This document shows positions 9,412-20,706 of a stretch of DNA of 64,000 nucleotides, piece after piece. This stretch comes from Candidatus Omnitrophota bacterium. Lineage in GTDB: Bacteria > Omnitrophota > Gorgyraeia > VGKH01. The stretch lies in NCBI GenBank assembly GCA_022703055.1, contig JAKLEP010000003.1, forward strand, positions 86,238 to 150,237, read 5' to 3'. Under the pieces are notes generated by a model that was not told the origin of the DNA, made no database searches, and saw only the letters and a list, made by a program, of their open reading frames with translations. The position numbers were made by a program, and so were the translations under genes. Each line of letters opens with the position of its first letter. The stretch's first letter is position 1.

Positions 9412-9828
9412 CTAATCTCCGATGATTTTAACCATAACCCGCTTCTTACGCTGACCATCAAATTCGCCATAAAATATCTGCTCCCAAGGACCGAAGTCAA
9501 GCTTTCCGGCTGTAATAGCCACCACTACTTCTCTACCCATGATCGTACGCTTTAAATGGCTGTCGCCGTTATCCTCTCCGCTCAAATTATGCCTATATTT
9601 ATCTTTGCCATAAGGCGCCAAAGCTTCTAGCCACCTGTCAAAATCTTGATGCAAACCTGGTTCATCATCATTTATAAAGACGCTGGCAGTGATATGCATT
9701 GCGTTCACCAGGCATAACCCCTCTTTTATCCCGCTTTTCTTAACCAGTTCCTCAACCTTGGGAGTAATATTGATAAATTCCTGGCGATTTTTGGTATTAA
9801 ACCATAAGTATTCACTTAGAGACTTCAT
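9412..9828 (-). CDS. yjbQ: YjbQ/UPF0047 family protein (secondary thiamine-phosphate synthase)
   Basis: 138 aa. Contains [28 protein letters not shown] and [18 protein letters not shown]. Confidence 0.85.
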   Translation of the reverse strand: MKSLSEYLWFNTKNRQEFINITPKVEELVKKSGIKEGLCLVNAMHITASVFINDDEPGLHQDFDRWLEALAPYGKDKYRHNLSGEDNGDSHLKRTIMGREVVVAITAGKLDFGPWEQIFYGEFDGQRKKRVMVKIIGD

Positions 9829-9839
9829 AAGCTTTCCTT

Positions 9840-11204
9840 TTATGATTGAAAATCAGATTTATTTATTTTATTCGTTCTGAATACGATTTTCTTAGTTTTA
9901 TTCACTAAAACTTTGGTTAGACTATCGCTAAATTCTGCCTCTGCCTTATCGATCTCCTCGCCGGTTTTAACAGAAAGAAAAGGCGATTTTTTCATCGCTA
10001 ATATCTGAGACGAATAAACACTGCGATGACCGGTCATAAGGAAACTTATAACGCAGGCAACTGTTGCATAAGGAACGATTTTGGGGCCGAATAGCTCAAC
10101 CGCCATAATGCTGGCAGCAATGGGAGTGTTAGCCGCCCCTGCCAAAACCGCTACCAACCCCACTGCAGCAAAAGTCGCGGGATCAAGCCCAAGAAGCGAG
10201 GCAAAAATAGTCCCGGCGGTTGCTCCCACGAAAAATACCGGAGTGATTATTCCACCGCTACCCCCGAAATTCAATGTTATGCTCGTAGCCACCATCTTCA
10301 ATAAAAATGCATACCAAACGCTCTTTATCCCCTGCAATGACGCCTGTATAGTTTCAAGTCCCAAGCCCAAGTATTGTTTAGAAAAGGCAAGTGTCAGGCC
10401 GATAAGGCCAAACCCCCCTATGATTCCTTTTATCGGCTTGGATAATTTTATCCTTTCCGATAGCTTGCTTCCTAATTTCAATACTTCGATCAAAACAGCA
10501 GAACACAAGCCAAAAAATATCCCGGCAACGACGATTTTCAAAAAGAAAACCTGGTTAAATACCGGGACGAAATTCAGCGGATGATGAAAATATGCTATCC
10601 CCAGACTAGACGAAACCTGGAAACTGACAATTCCAGCAATGAATGAAGGCAAAAGGACATCGTAAAGTATGCTGCCAACAAAAAGGACTTCCACCCCGAA
10701 TATCGCTCCCGCAATCGGAGTTCCGAAGACAGAGGCGAAACCTGCGCTTATGCCGCAAATAACCAGTTTTTTTCTTTCGCGATCATTGAATTTAAACAAG
10801 TCCGCGAATATTGAAGCCAAGCCGCCGCCGATTTGAGCGCAAGGCCCTTCTTTCCCTACTGATCCACCGGCAGCCAAAGTCACTATTGTCGCCACAAGCT
10901 TAACTGGAACCACCGCAGCTTTAATTCTCCCGGAATTCTTATGAATTGCCTCGATCACCTTTTCCGTACCGTGACCTTCAGCGTCGGGAGCCAGGTACTT
11001 AATCATCAAAGCGCTCAGGAACAAAGCTATCGGTAAAAGTAAGAAATAATAGGAATAGTTATCACCAAGTATCCTGCTCCAGGCGAGGATTTTCAAAAAC
11101 AAAGTCGTGGATAACCCGACAATGATTCCTACCACCGTCGCAAGAAACACCCATTTGATAACGGTTAAAAATAAAATTACTTCTTCAGTCAGCCTTCTTT
11201 TCAT
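9840..11204 (-). CDS. ClC-family voltage-gated chloride channel/antiporter
   Basis: 454 aa and polytopic. Has the GKEGP selectivity-filter motif and [12 protein letters not shown]. Confidence 0.85.
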   Translation of the reverse strand: MKRRLTEEVILFLTVIKWVFLATVVGIIVGLSTTLFLKILAWSRILGDNYSYYFLLLPIALFLSALMIKYLAPDAEGHGTEKVIEAIHKNSGRIKAAVVPVKLVATIVTLAAGGSVGKEGPCAQIGGGLASIFADLFKFNDRERKKLVICGISAGFASVFGTPIAGAIFGVEVLFVGSILYDVLLPSFIAGIVSFQVSSSLGIAYFHHPLNFVPVFNQVFFLKIVVAGIFFGLCSAVLIEVLKLGSKLSERIKLSKPIKGIIGGFGLIGLTLAFSKQYLGLGLETIQASLQGIKSVWYAFLLKMVATSITLNFGGSGGIITPVFFVGATAGTIFASLLGLDPATFAAVGLVAVLAGAANTPIAASIMAVELFGPKIVPYATVACVISFLMTGHRSVYSSQILAMKKSPFLSVKTGEEIDKAEAEFSDSLTKVLVNKTKKIVFRTNKINKSDFQS

Positions 11205-11206
11205 TA

Positions 11207-11788
11207 TTAATATTTATTTAAGTGCAGGATTTTATACAGCGGTCTCTTAGGCACATGCAGGACGCCAAACTTATCCTTATGATATTTCTGCGTGCGTTTC
11301 ATAGGGAAAATAACGGATTTTTCATCTGGAACACCGAGAGATACAACGTATTCCACTGAATGAGTTTGAGGAACCGATAAATCTTTGGAAATTTTTGGCC
11401 GATCAATAGAACCAAACCAACAGCTTCCTAATCCTTCTTCCGTCGCTGCTAAAAGCATATTTTCAATTGCAGCACCCATATCCACCTGAGTATAAAATGG
11501 AAATTTAGCCCACTTTTTGTTTATCAGAATGATGATAAGCGCCGTCGGCCTCTGATCCTTGGCCGGAGTGCCTTTTCCTTTTAAATAAACTGCCCAACGC
11601 AGATGCTCGAAAATCTGGTTCACGATTTTCCGTTTATGAAGCAAGATATATTCCATCGGCTGAAAATTCCCGGCCGACGGCGCAACCCTTGCAGCGTCCA
11701 CTATCCTTTTCAAAACAGCCAGTTTAATCGGCTTCTGCCTGTATCTTCTTATGCTTCTTCTTTTAAAAATAGTTTTATATACTGACAT
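11207..11788 (-). CDS. Nitroreductase family protein
   Basis: FKRRSIRRY and ARVAPSAGNFQP motifs. The likely start is MSVYK at 11788. The longer track start at 11824 would overlap the upstream gene. Confidence 0.8.
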   Translation of the reverse strand: MSVYKTIFKRRSIRRYRQKPIKLAVLKRIVDAARVAPSAGNFQPMEYILLHKRKIVNQIFEHLRWAVYLKGKGTPAKDQRPTALIIILINKKWAKFPFYTQVDMGAAIENMLLAATEEGLGSCWFGSIDRPKISKDLSVPQTHSVEYVVSLGVPDEKSVIFPMKRTQKYHKDKFGVLHVPKRPLYKILHLNKY

Positions 11789-11798
11789 ATTTTCCTTT

Positions 11799-14243
11799 TT
11801 ATTGATAACGAATCCTTCCCCCACCAGTTGTCGTACGCGCCGGATTAGTCTGTGTTCCGGTCGTGGTTGTCGAAGACTGAGTCGTTGAAGTTGCGGTCGT
11901 TGCTTGCGTCGCCGTTGCCTGTGCTTGGATTATTGTTGGCGCAATAGGCTTAGTTAAGAAATTACCGCGTTTTGAACGTGCAGTCAAAGTCAGACCGCTG
12001 ATTTTGGCTGCAGGAATTGTTTTAGTGATAGTGTTGATGTTTGTGATTTCAATCGGTTGATTCGCAGCCTGCTGCTGCGGTCTAATCTGGTCTGCATCAT
12101 AACTTGTAGCCCGGACCGTTGTTGTCGCCGAAGGAATCTGGTCGCCTTTTTCTAAGACATATTTCTGGAATTCTTCTGAACGCGGATATTTGTTCCAGGT
12201 TAAAACATAGGTGTTGTTTGCCCCATGCGTTGCCGTAAAATTCCAGTCAATGCTTGAGCCAAACAAAACAAAATCATGAAGCGCAGTTTGAGTTTCAGTT
12301 CCGTTTTGGTCAAGAACCTTAATTTTAATTTTATATAAACCTGCAGGGAGATTAATCTGGTGAATCGAAATCCCATAGGCTGTACCTGTGTTAGCATGTA
12401 AATCTCGGTCCGGAATCCAACTGGTAGTTTTTAGCTGCGAACTTGGTGTATAATATTCCAAGGCTGCGGAAGAAATCTGCCTATCGACACTAAACACTAC
12501 TTCAATAGTCTCAGAATTAAACTGAGATATCTTAGCATTGGATATCGTAGGAGGTTTAACTAACATCTGGGTAGTTACTGGATAAATTCCCGCCCACCTA
12601 TGATTGGCATCAAGCGATGACGACCAAACTTCTTTTTTGCTTGTGTCTCTTGGCCCATAAGGCTTAAAGACTATGGGAAAAATCGGCCGCCAATTTGCAT
12701 TTTGGATCTGGGACAAAGTCATGCCGTATCCCAGCCAATCGCCAGCCAACCCTTCGCCTGCGGCAAACTGTTTGCTGAAATCTATCCCTTTTAATAAGCC
12801 GAGTATCGCTACCTCGCCGGTTAATCCAGACAGCTTTTTGCCTCCAAGCAGGCGCTGCAGTTCTGAAGGCTTCAGCATCATAATCTTGGTAGTAATCACT
12901 GAATTGTATAATGGACCGTTGATGGATGCCAAGAGATCATTAAATTTCGCCTGATTATTCCAGGCATCCCTCCATGTCGCTTCCGACGGAGGATTGCCGA
13001 TATCGGACATGATTTCATTGAATGTTGCCTGCGGGAAAAGCTGCTGGGTTACCTCAGCCGACCAAACCTGGTTAAAAGAGGTTTTGTCCATACCCAGAGT
13101 TAGCTTTAAAAGCGCATTAGTTACATCATCAGTAATTTCCGCGCGCTCTTCAGGCGTCAATCCGATAGCATCCAAAGCCGCTTCAATCTGCGCCCGGTTT
13201 GACGCAACATTCTCTCCTAAATATCTGGTCACGCTCGGCCAGCCTAACATGTCAAAGAAATATGTTAGAGACCACATCCCCAGATAATCGCCCAACGAAC
13301 CAATCATACCCTTGTTTAGCTCCATTACATCTTTGATTGCCCTCTTATTTGCCTCCATCCAGCCAGGAGTTTGTGAAGAGGTAGATTTAAAACCGTTGGA
13401 CAAATCATCGTACCAATAGGCATCGCGGGTCTTATGCGGCGCTGTCATTCCACTTCCCACATTTATGCCTGTTTGGCTGACAGTGCCATAATCAATCTCG
13501 TCTTTATGGGGAAGTTTTTCAAAATATAACCTGGCGAATTTTGAAATTACCGGGTTCATCCCATAAGAAACCGCAGTCTGATTCAAAATCAGAGTATTGA
13601 GCACAAAGTCATTTGGGATATCTATAGCGCTTGAAGAAAGCGTGATACGCTTATCCAGAGTATTTTCTACTGCCATATGTTTGGCGATGACTTGAAGGTT
13701 ATTTGTGGGGTTGGCCTTGATTTCCGCTAACCCGGGAAATGCCTTTCCGGCATAGGTGTTCACCCAGTCATGCGCCCACATGTCGCCGGCTGCGTGGGAA
13801 AAATACCCGAAGGTAAATGCCCAAGCCTGGCGCTTTGGATTATCAGAAGCCATATAGCCAACTTTGACGCCCGGAGGCGTTGGTAAGGCAGTTGCGTTAT
13901 ACGCAGGAAGATTATTCCAGAGAAGTACCAGATACGGATTCGTATTGGGGTGGATGTAGGTCTGTCCGGTCCAGAAATCAGGAAATCCGTCGGGTCCGAT
14001 GGATCCGCCGCGAAAGTAATTCGGGCAAAGCTTGATTGCCTCAGCTACCTCTGGCCTTACCTCAAATTCTCCATAAGGCGGAATCCAGACTTTGCCGTCT
14101 CTGGCATCATCCATGACTATATTGGCAATGTAGGCGTGGGTTTTGAGCTTCCATGCGAAAGCTGGCGTAGAGAAAGAAAAAATGATAGATAAAATGATAA
14201 AGAATAGAATTTGGATTTTGGCACGCTTAACCAAGCTGATCAT
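11799..14243 (-). CDS. Secreted zinc-dependent phospholipase C / P1-nuclease-fold protein with C-terminal beta-rich domains and a Thr/Gln-rich tail
   Basis: The signal peptide ends in PAFA, followed by WKLKTH, so the mature N-terminus is a Trp as in Zn-PLC/P1 nucleases. GGSIGPDGFPD and SHAAGDMWAHDWVN are His/Asp metal-ligand-like motifs. 814 aa. The tail reads ATATQATTATSTTQSSTTTTGTQT. Confidence 0.6.
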   Translation of the reverse strand: MISLVKRAKIQILFFIILSIIFSFSTPAFAWKLKTHAYIANIVMDDARDGKVWIPPYGEFEVRPEVAEAIKLCPNYFRGGSIGPDGFPDFWTGQTYIHPNTNPYLVLLWNNLPAYNATALPTPPGVKVGYMASDNPKRQAWAFTFGYFSHAAGDMWAHDWVNTYAGKAFPGLAEIKANPTNNLQVIAKHMAVENTLDKRITLSSSAIDIPNDFVLNTLILNQTAVSYGMNPVISKFARLYFEKLPHKDEIDYGTVSQTGINVGSGMTAPHKTRDAYWYDDLSNGFKSTSSQTPGWMEANKRAIKDVMELNKGMIGSLGDYLGMWSLTYFFDMLGWPSVTRYLGENVASNRAQIEAALDAIGLTPEERAEITDDVTNALLKLTLGMDKTSFNQVWSAEVTQQLFPQATFNEIMSDIGNPPSEATWRDAWNNQAKFNDLLASINGPLYNSVITTKIMMLKPSELQRLLGGKKLSGLTGEVAILGLLKGIDFSKQFAAGEGLAGDWLGYGMTLSQIQNANWRPIFPIVFKPYGPRDTSKKEVWSSSLDANHRWAGIYPVTTQMLVKPPTISNAKISQFNSETIEVVFSVDRQISSAALEYYTPSSQLKTTSWIPDRDLHANTGTAYGISIHQINLPAGLYKIKIKVLDQNGTETQTALHDFVLFGSSIDWNFTATHGANNTYVLTWNKYPRSEEFQKYVLEKGDQIPSATTTVRATSYDADQIRPQQQAANQPIEITNINTITKTIPAAKISGLTLTARSKRGNFLTKPIAPTIIQAQATATQATTATSTTQSSTTTTGTQTNPARTTTGGGRIRYQ

Positions 14244-14255
14244 TTTTTTCTCCTT

Positions 14256-15518
14256 TTATTCAACTGCATCCCTTCCCGGAGGCGATTTTCGCCAGGAATA
14301 TCCTTCGGACGCCTCTTTAAATCCTAGGTTAAAGAGGTCTATCATTTCTTTCCGGTCAAATAATTCCTTGGGCCTGGTAATATGCGTTGCCGGGATATAG
14401 GCGAGGTTAAAATCGCCGTTTCCGTCCTTGTTAAACATATACAGCTGGTAAAGATCGCCCACGCTCTGAGAATTGGTTATGGCATCAACAGTGCGCTCGG
14501 CGATAGGAATCATCTTATCCGGCACTTCCTTATATACCGGGTCGACATAGCCGTTTCTAATCACGTAAATCTGGAATTTGATCCTTCTTGTATCAATACC
14601 TTTTTCTTTGATCGCCTTATCAAAACCCTTAAGTACATCATGTAGGAAAAATACCTGATGGATCAGCCCGCCGTCGACATGCATCTCATCATAAACATTA
14701 TTTGCAAGTTCGGCTTTAAAATAAACCGGCGGAAAGGCAATGGGCATGGATGATGATGCCAGGATAATTTTACGGAATAATTCCTGCGATTTCTCATCGC
14801 CAACCGAAGCAATCTTACCCATGTCCCAGACTACCATGCGGTCTGCATCTAGATTAGTAGTTCCGATGTAGAGCCTGCGGCCTTTTTTATATTCGGCTGC
14901 CACAGCATCAATAAATTTAGCGTCAAAATACTTCTCAAGCAGCCTCTCTAATGGCCAGCTATCAGCTATAGAATTGCTGAAAGGGATCCTGATACGGGGA
15001 TTGCGCAGGCGGATAATATCTTTAGTGGAATACGAAGTATAAAATTCCTTTAATTTATCGTCATAATCCGGGCCCATAAAAGCAAGTGGCGCGATTACGG
15101 CGCCAGTGCTGATACCGGTGATAATTTTAAAAACAGGCCGTGAACCGGATTTGGTCCAGCCGCATAAAAGCCCTGCCCCGTAGGCGCCGTTAGCCGAGCC
15201 TCCTGAAATCGCCAGCATTGAATAGGTCTTTACGGATTTAAAATCAAAAAATGAGAATCCCTCTTTTTCTTCCTGTTCCAACAGAGAGATAAAATCGTTT
15301 TTGAAGGTATCGCTTGGCTCGCCGCTTATTGCCCGGATATCCTGCAGGCCAGAGATCTTGACGTGCGGCAATAATTCAAGCGGTGTGGCGTGGCGTGCAG
15401 TGGCGCATCCACTCAAAAAAAGGAAAAATGACAACAATATCAAAATATGTATTTTTGATCTATGATGCATTCTTTTAAGAGGGTCGCCCCATCGCAAATG
15501 TTTTTTGAGATGGGGCAC
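14256..15518 (-). CDS. Patatin-like phospholipase, lipoprotein
   Basis: Oxyanion motif GGSANGAYGAG, nucleophile motif GISTG (GxSxG) and the catalytic Asp in VDGGL. Lipobox is FLSGC. The true start may be MHHRSK at 15470. Confidence 0.8.
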   Translation of the reverse strand: MPHLKKHLRWGDPLKRMHHRSKIHILILLSFFLFLSGCATARHATPLELLPHVKISGLQDIRAISGEPSDTFKNDFISLLEQEEKEGFSFFDFKSVKTYSMLAISGGSANGAYGAGLLCGWTKSGSRPVFKIITGISTGAVIAPLAFMGPDYDDKLKEFYTSYSTKDIIRLRNPRIRIPFSNSIADSWPLERLLEKYFDAKFIDAVAAEYKKGRRLYIGTTNLDADRMVVWDMGKIASVGDEKSQELFRKIILASSSMPIAFPPVYFKAELANNVYDEMHVDGGLIHQVFFLHDVLKGFDKAIKEKGIDTRRIKFQIYVIRNGYVDPVYKEVPDKMIPIAERTVDAITNSQSVGDLYQLYMFNKDGNGDFNLAYIPATHITRPKELFDRKEMIDLFNLGFKEASEGYSWRKSPPGRDAVE

Positions 15519-15546
15519 AAACAGGTAATACTCATATAAAATAAAT

Positions 15547-15879
15547 CTATTTATTAATTTTATTTAATTCTTTTTCTGCTTCTCGCTGCTTCTTTTTTGC
15601 TTCTTGCTCAGCTTTTCTTTTAGCCTTTTCTGCTTCTCTTTGGGCTTTCTTTCTGGCCTTCTCTGCTTCTCTCTGCTTCTTCTCGGCTTCCATCTTTGCT
15701 TGTTTTTCCGCTTTTCGAGCTTCTACTTCTGTCTGCTGTGAAGTTTTCTTAGCCTCAATCTTAGCTTTCTTGGCATCCTTTTCCAAACCACCTAAATGCA
15801 GTCCTTTATTTTCGGCAAAAATAAACCGCGGCGATAAAATCAAAGTTATGGCAAAAAGCAATATAACCAACTTTTTCAT
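15547..15879 (-). CDS. Secreted Lys/Glu/Ala-rich repeat protein (function unknown)
   Basis: AAGGAGG sits just upstream of the internal ATG at 15879 (MKKLVILLFAITLIL signal). Repeated EAEKxxKKAQREAEKA units are present. Confidence 0.4.
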   Translation of the reverse strand: MKKLVILLFAITLILSPRFIFAENKGLHLGGLEKDAKKAKIEAKKTSQQTEVEARKAEKQAKMEAEKKQREAEKARKKAQREAEKAKRKAEQEAKKKQREAEKELNKINK

Positions 15880-15942
15880 TTCGCCTCCTTTTTTCTTTGC
15901 GTCTTCTCGCAACATCCCACCCCATTTCTCCCGTTCGCTGTT

Positions 15943-16479
15943 CTATTTTAAATACGCTCTAATAATTTTCTGTTCAAAAAGCGGTTTGTCCATCGGTCCA
16001 GTGGCCGCATTTTCAATCGCCTCAACCACGTCATAGCCTGAAACTACTTCGCCGAAAATCGTATGTTTCATATTCAGATGCGGCGTAGGAACAGTCGTAA
16101 TGAAAAACTGGCTGCCGTTGGTGTTGGGACCGGCATTGGCCATGGCCAAGATTCCTGCTTTATCAAATTTAACATTGGCCTTAACTTCATCCTCGAATTT
16201 TCCTCCCCAGAGCGACTGTCCGCCGCGACCGGTTCCGGTAGGATCCCCACCCTGAATCATGAAACCCTTGATTACACGATGAAAAATCGTCCCGTCATAA
16301 TAGCCCTTTTTTACCAAGCCGATGAAATTTTCGCAGGTCTTCGGCGCTATGTTAGGCATAAGTTTTAACTCGATATTCCCTTGATTGGTTTCTAAAATCA
16401 CGTTTTGCCCTCCTTGTCCTGGCATTTGTGAGCACCCGGCGATAAAAGCGAAAGTAAGTAAAATCAATAACACTTTCAT
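15943..16479 (-). CDS. Cyclophilin-type peptidyl-prolyl cis-trans isomerase, lipoprotein
   Basis: [15 protein letters not shown] and GSQFFIT motifs; lipobox IAGC. Confidence 0.9.
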   Translation of the reverse strand: MKVLLILLTFAFIAGCSQMPGQGGQNVILETNQGNIELKLMPNIAPKTCENFIGLVKKGYYDGTIFHRVIKGFMIQGGDPTGTGRGGQSLWGGKFEDEVKANVKFDKAGILAMANAGPNTNGSQFFITTVPTPHLNMKHTIFGEVVSGYDVVEAIENAATGPMDKPLFEQKIIRAYLK

Positions 16480-16492
16480 AGCCTTCCTCCTT

Positions 16493-19129
16493 TTATTTTA
16501 ATTCTTTGATAACTTTCTTGAGCTTATTGATTTTATCTTCCAGCTCCAGCGATTTTTGTTTCTCGCTTGCCACCACATCTTTGGGAGCCTTGGATAAGAA
16601 TTGTTTGTTTTTAAGGCGTGCGTTGAGATTCTTCAGGATATTTTCATTTTGTGCGATAAGACTTGATATGCGGTTTTTTTCCTTTTCAATGTCAATTAAT
16701 CCAGCTAAAGGAACAAAAAAACTCACCCTCCCCACAACGCCGGCAACTGAATCCTTTGGTCGGGCGATTTCTTTTTCAATGGTTAGGTTTTCTATCTTGG
16801 CCAAATTTTGGATGATACCTTTATTCTCGTCGAGCAATTTGCCTGATTGTGTATCAGCGGTTTTCAAAATCACATTGATTTTCTCAAGCGGCGGGATATT
16901 CCATTCTGCGCGGATATTCCGAACCGCACTTACCAAATCGATAACCAACTGCATCTGGGACTCAGCCTTTTTATCAATCATCTGTTTTTGTAAATGCGGA
17001 ATACTCTGGAGCATAATCGAGCCGGATTCGGGAGCTAATTTCTGCCAGATTTCTTCGGTAATAAACGGCATAAACGGATGTAAAAGCCGTATTGATTTCT
17101 CCAACACTTTGTAAATTAGAATCTGGATATTCTTATCCGAGATTCTGTCTTTTACGATTTCCAGATACCAGTCGCAAAACTCATGCCAGAAAAATTCGTA
17201 TAGCAAATTCTCAGCTTCGTTAAATGAATAGGTTTCGATGGCTTTATTGACTTTATCAATCGTGGTATAAAGTCGGGATAAAATCCAACGGGATGCTAAA
17301 TCCAATTTTTCCTTTTGGTAAACCTGGCAAAGGTCAGATTCAGCGCTCTTCTCTTTTAGGTTCATCAATACAAAACGCGATGCATTCCAGATTTTATTGG
17401 CGAAGTTTCTACCAACCTCAAATTTTTCTTTTGATAAGAATAAATCCTGGCCACTGTTTATAATCAAGCTGAAACGCAGAGCGTCGGTGCCAAATTCGTT
17501 GATAATATCCAAGGGATCGATGGCATTACCCAAAGACTTTGACATCTTTAAGCCTTTTGAATCGCGTACAGTTCCGTGGATGTAAACATCACTAAACGGG
17601 ATTTCTTTTTTAAACTCCATCCCGGCCATTATCATGCGCGCCACCCAGAAAAAAATGATTTCCGGAGCAGTGATTAGAACGCTGGTGGGATAAAAATACC
17701 TTAAGTCTTCTGATTCTTTCGGCCAATAGAAAGTAGCAAACGGCCATAACCACGACGAGAACCATGTATCCAGAACGTCATCTTCCTGTCTTAGATTACG
17801 AGAATGGCATTTTGGACACTCGGCCGGAGCATTCTGCGAAACGATAATATTATCTGGATCTTTACAATCCTGACAATACCAGACGGGAATTCTGTGGCCC
17901 CACCAGATCTGCCGTGAGATACACCAGTCCTGGATATTTTCCATCCAATTTAGATAAACTTTGGTCCAGCGGCTGGGAGTAAATCTGATTTTGCCTTTTT
18001 TGACCACATCAATCGACGGCTTTGCCAATGGCTTCATCTTTACAAACCATTGCTTAGACAAATACGGCTCAACGATTGTATGGCAGCGATAACAATGGCC
18101 GACAGCATGATCATGGTCAGTGGTTTTTTCTAAGAGATTCCTTTCCTCTAATTCCTCCAAAATCGCTTCGCGGGCTTCAAATCTATCCATACCCATAAAC
18201 TCACCGGCATTCTCATTCAATTTGGCGTCGGGTTGCATGATATTTACGAATTCTAATTTATGGCGCTTACCGATTTCAAAATCATTGGGATCATGCGCTG
18301 GCGTAACCTTTACTGCACCAGTTCCAAATTTAGGATCCACTACAGAATCAGCGATGATTTTGATCGGCCGCTCCATCAAAGGTAAAATCAAAGTTTCACC
18401 AATAAGATTCTTATAGCGTTTGTCCTTAGGATTAACTGCCACGGCAGTATCGCCAAGCATAGTTTCCGGGCGGGTCGTAGCAACAACTACAAATTTGTTA
18501 GGATCATCTTTGAAAGGATACTTTATATAATAGAGTTTGCCTTTTAAATCTTTATGCTGGGCTTCTTCATCTGACAAAGCAGTTTGACAGCGCGGGCACC
18601 AGTTGATAATATATTTCCCCCGATAGATTAATCCTTTTTCATAAAGATGAATAAAGACTTCTTTTACGGTATTGGAATAATCCTCATCCATGGTAAAGCG
18701 AGTGCGCGGCCAATCGCAGGCGCTCCCGAGCTTTTTTAACTGATGGATAATCGTATCGCCGTATTTATTCTTCCACTGCCATAATCGTTCATTGAATTTT
18801 TCTCGACCCAAATCCTGTCGAGTTTTTCCTTCTTGGGCGAGTTCTCTCTCTACGACGTTTTGAGTAGCAATCCCAGCATGATCAACTCCCGGCATCCAGA
18901 GCGATTCGTATCCATGCATCTTTTTATAGCGGATTAAAATATCCTGCAGAGTATTATTAAGGGCATGGCCCATATGCAGGATTCCAGTGACATTCGGCGG
19001 CGGGATTACAATACAGAACGGTTTCTTTTTAGGATTAGCTTTAGCGGCGAATAGATTCTTCTCTTGCCAAAAATTATAGATTCTATCTTCCGTATCTTTG
19101 GGATTGTAACGCGGGGCGAGCTCTGTCAT
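16493..19129 (-). CDS. valS: Valine--tRNA ligase
   Basis: 878 aa. [14 protein letters not shown] (HIGH) and KMSKS motifs, plus a C-terminal coiled coil. Confidence 0.95.
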   Translation of the reverse strand: MTELAPRYNPKDTEDRIYNFWQEKNLFAAKANPKKKPFCIVIPPPNVTGILHMGHALNNTLQDILIRYKKMHGYESLWMPGVDHAGIATQNVVERELAQEGKTRQDLGREKFNERLWQWKNKYGDTIIHQLKKLGSACDWPRTRFTMDEDYSNTVKEVFIHLYEKGLIYRGKYIINWCPRCQTALSDEEAQHKDLKGKLYYIKYPFKDDPNKFVVVATTRPETMLGDTAVAVNPKDKRYKNLIGETLILPLMERPIKIIADSVVDPKFGTGAVKVTPAHDPNDFEIGKRHKLEFVNIMQPDAKLNENAGEFMGMDRFEAREAILEELEERNLLEKTTDHDHAVGHCYRCHTIVEPYLSKQWFVKMKPLAKPSIDVVKKGKIRFTPSRWTKVYLNWMENIQDWCISRQIWWGHRIPVWYCQDCKDPDNIIVSQNAPAECPKCHSRNLRQEDDVLDTWFSSWLWPFATFYWPKESEDLRYFYPTSVLITAPEIIFFWVARMIMAGMEFKKEIPFSDVYIHGTVRDSKGLKMSKSLGNAIDPLDIINEFGTDALRFSLIINSGQDLFLSKEKFEVGRNFANKIWNASRFVLMNLKEKSAESDLCQVYQKEKLDLASRWILSRLYTTIDKVNKAIETYSFNEAENLLYEFFWHEFCDWYLEIVKDRISDKNIQILIYKVLEKSIRLLHPFMPFITEEIWQKLAPESGSIMLQSIPHLQKQMIDKKAESQMQLVIDLVSAVRNIRAEWNIPPLEKINVILKTADTQSGKLLDENKGIIQNLAKIENLTIEKEIARPKDSVAGVVGRVSFFVPLAGLIDIEKEKNRISSLIAQNENILKNLNARLKNKQFLSKAPKDVVASEKQKSLELEDKINKLKKVIKELK

Positions 19130-19130
19130 A

Positions 19131-20702
19131 TTATTTTTTTGAAGACTGATCCTTCAATAACTTATATTCAACGGAATCAACTAAGGCTTGCCAGCTGGCC
19201 TCAATAATGTTTTCATGCACGCCGACAGTAGTCCAGGAATCTGTCTCATCTTGCGATTCGATTAAGACGCGCACCTTGGCTGCTGTCCCGGCTTCGGCAT
19301 CCAATACGCGGACCTTAAAGTCCGACAGGTGCATATTCACAAGGTTAGGATAGAATTCTTTCAAGGCTTTTCTTAGCGCGTTGTCAAGCGCGTTTACCGG
19401 GCCATCGCCTTCGGCAGCAGAATAATGTTCCCTGTTCTTGACTCTTAAGCGGACAGTGGCTTCGGAAAATACGCGATTGTCATTTCTTTTTTCCACCACA
19501 ACTTTAAAACCTTCAAGCTCGAAGAATTTTTTATATTTCTTAAAAGCCTTTTTAATCAACACATCAAAAGAACCATCGGCTGCCTCGTACTGATAACCCG
19601 CATGCTCTAAATCCTGCAATTGTTTTAAGAATTTCTTAGCCTGAGGGGATTTTTTATCTAACTTTAGTTCGATTTCCTTGGCTTTTAGGATAATGGGGGT
19701 TTTTCCTGCCAGCTCCGAAACCAGGAATCTACGCTTGTTTCCGACGAGCTTGGGATCAACATGCTCATAAGTCTTGGGGCTTTTCATCATAGCATCGATG
19801 TGCACTCCGCCTTTATGGGCAAAAGCAGACCTGCCCACAAATGGCTGATTGTCATCGTGTTTTACGTTGCTTACTTCGCTAATAAAATAAGAGGCTTGTG
19901 TCAAATCTTTAATTTTTGCCTTAGGAATAGATTCTACATTGGTTTTAGTAGCTAAAATTCCAATAATGGTACAAAGATTGGCATTGCCGCATCTTTCACC
20001 AAGCCCGTTAAATGTGCCTTGAATCTGGACGCAACCCGAATCAACCGCCGCAATGCTATTCGCCACGGCCAAATCCAAATCATTATGGCAATGGATTCCT
20101 AATGACACCTTAACTTTAGATTTTACTTCTTCGATAATACCCATGAGCTCATCGGTAAGTGTGCCGCCGTTTGTATCGCATAGCGACAAAACTTCAGCAC
20201 CGCTAGAAGCTGCAGCCTGCAATGTCTTTAAAGCATATTCGGGATTTGCCTTATAAGCATCAAAGAAATGCTCAGCATCGTAAAAAACTCTTAAGCCGCT
20301 TGATTTAAGATAGGAAACGGAATCAGAAATCATATCGAGGTTCTCATCCAAAGTGGTTTTAAGTACTTCAGTGACATGAAAATCCCAGCTCTTGCCAAAA
20401 ATGGTAACGAATTTTACTTTGGAAGCCACGATTTCTCTGAGGTTTTTGTCTTGAGAAGCTTTTATTCCCGCCCGACGAGTTGAGCCAAAGGCAACTAACT
20501 TAGCGCTCTTAAGATGTACTTTCTGCATCAGCTTAAAGAATTCTTTATCTTTTGGATTAGATCCCGGCCATCCGCCTTCGATATAATGAACTCCCAGCTC
20601 ATCCAATTTCCTGGTGATGCGCAGTTTATCATTTACCGAGAAAGAAATCCCTTCGGTCTGCGAACCGTCGCGAAGCGTAGTATCATATAACTCTACCTTC
20701 AT
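19131..20702 (-). CDS. cimA: Citramalate synthase (LeuA/CimA family, type 2)
   Basis: 523 aa. [23 protein letters not shown]...[13 protein letters not shown], with the C-terminal regulatory domain present. Confidence 0.8.
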   Translation of the reverse strand: MKVELYDTTLRDGSQTEGISFSVNDKLRITRKLDELGVHYIEGGWPGSNPKDKEFFKLMQKVHLKSAKLVAFGSTRRAGIKASQDKNLREIVASKVKFVTIFGKSWDFHVTEVLKTTLDENLDMISDSVSYLKSSGLRVFYDAEHFFDAYKANPEYALKTLQAAASSGAEVLSLCDTNGGTLTDELMGIIEEVKSKVKVSLGIHCHNDLDLAVANSIAAVDSGCVQIQGTFNGLGERCGNANLCTIIGILATKTNVESIPKAKIKDLTQASYFISEVSNVKHDDNQPFVGRSAFAHKGGVHIDAMMKSPKTYEHVDPKLVGNKRRFLVSELAGKTPIILKAKEIELKLDKKSPQAKKFLKQLQDLEHAGYQYEAADGSFDVLIKKAFKKYKKFFELEGFKVVVEKRNDNRVFSEATVRLRVKNREHYSAAEGDGPVNALDNALRKALKEFYPNLVNMHLSDFKVRVLDAEAGTAAKVRVLIESQDETDSWTTVGVHENIIEASWQALVDSVEYKLLKDQSSKK

Positions 20703-20706
20703 TTTT

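Noticed and set aside
15547-15915. Short nucleotide repeats (gcttctc[t/g]ctgcttctt...) considered as a tandem-repeat or CRISPR-like element
   Set aside because: The periodicity is explained by a K/E/A-rich repetitive coding sequence with a signal peptide and an SD. No spacer/repeat architecture is present. No CRISPR array was seen anywhere in the window.
16506-17114. 202-aa plus-strand ORF
   Set aside because: It is antisense to valS, whose identity is unambiguous. The sequence is Ser/Phe/Leu-rich with no domain signature.
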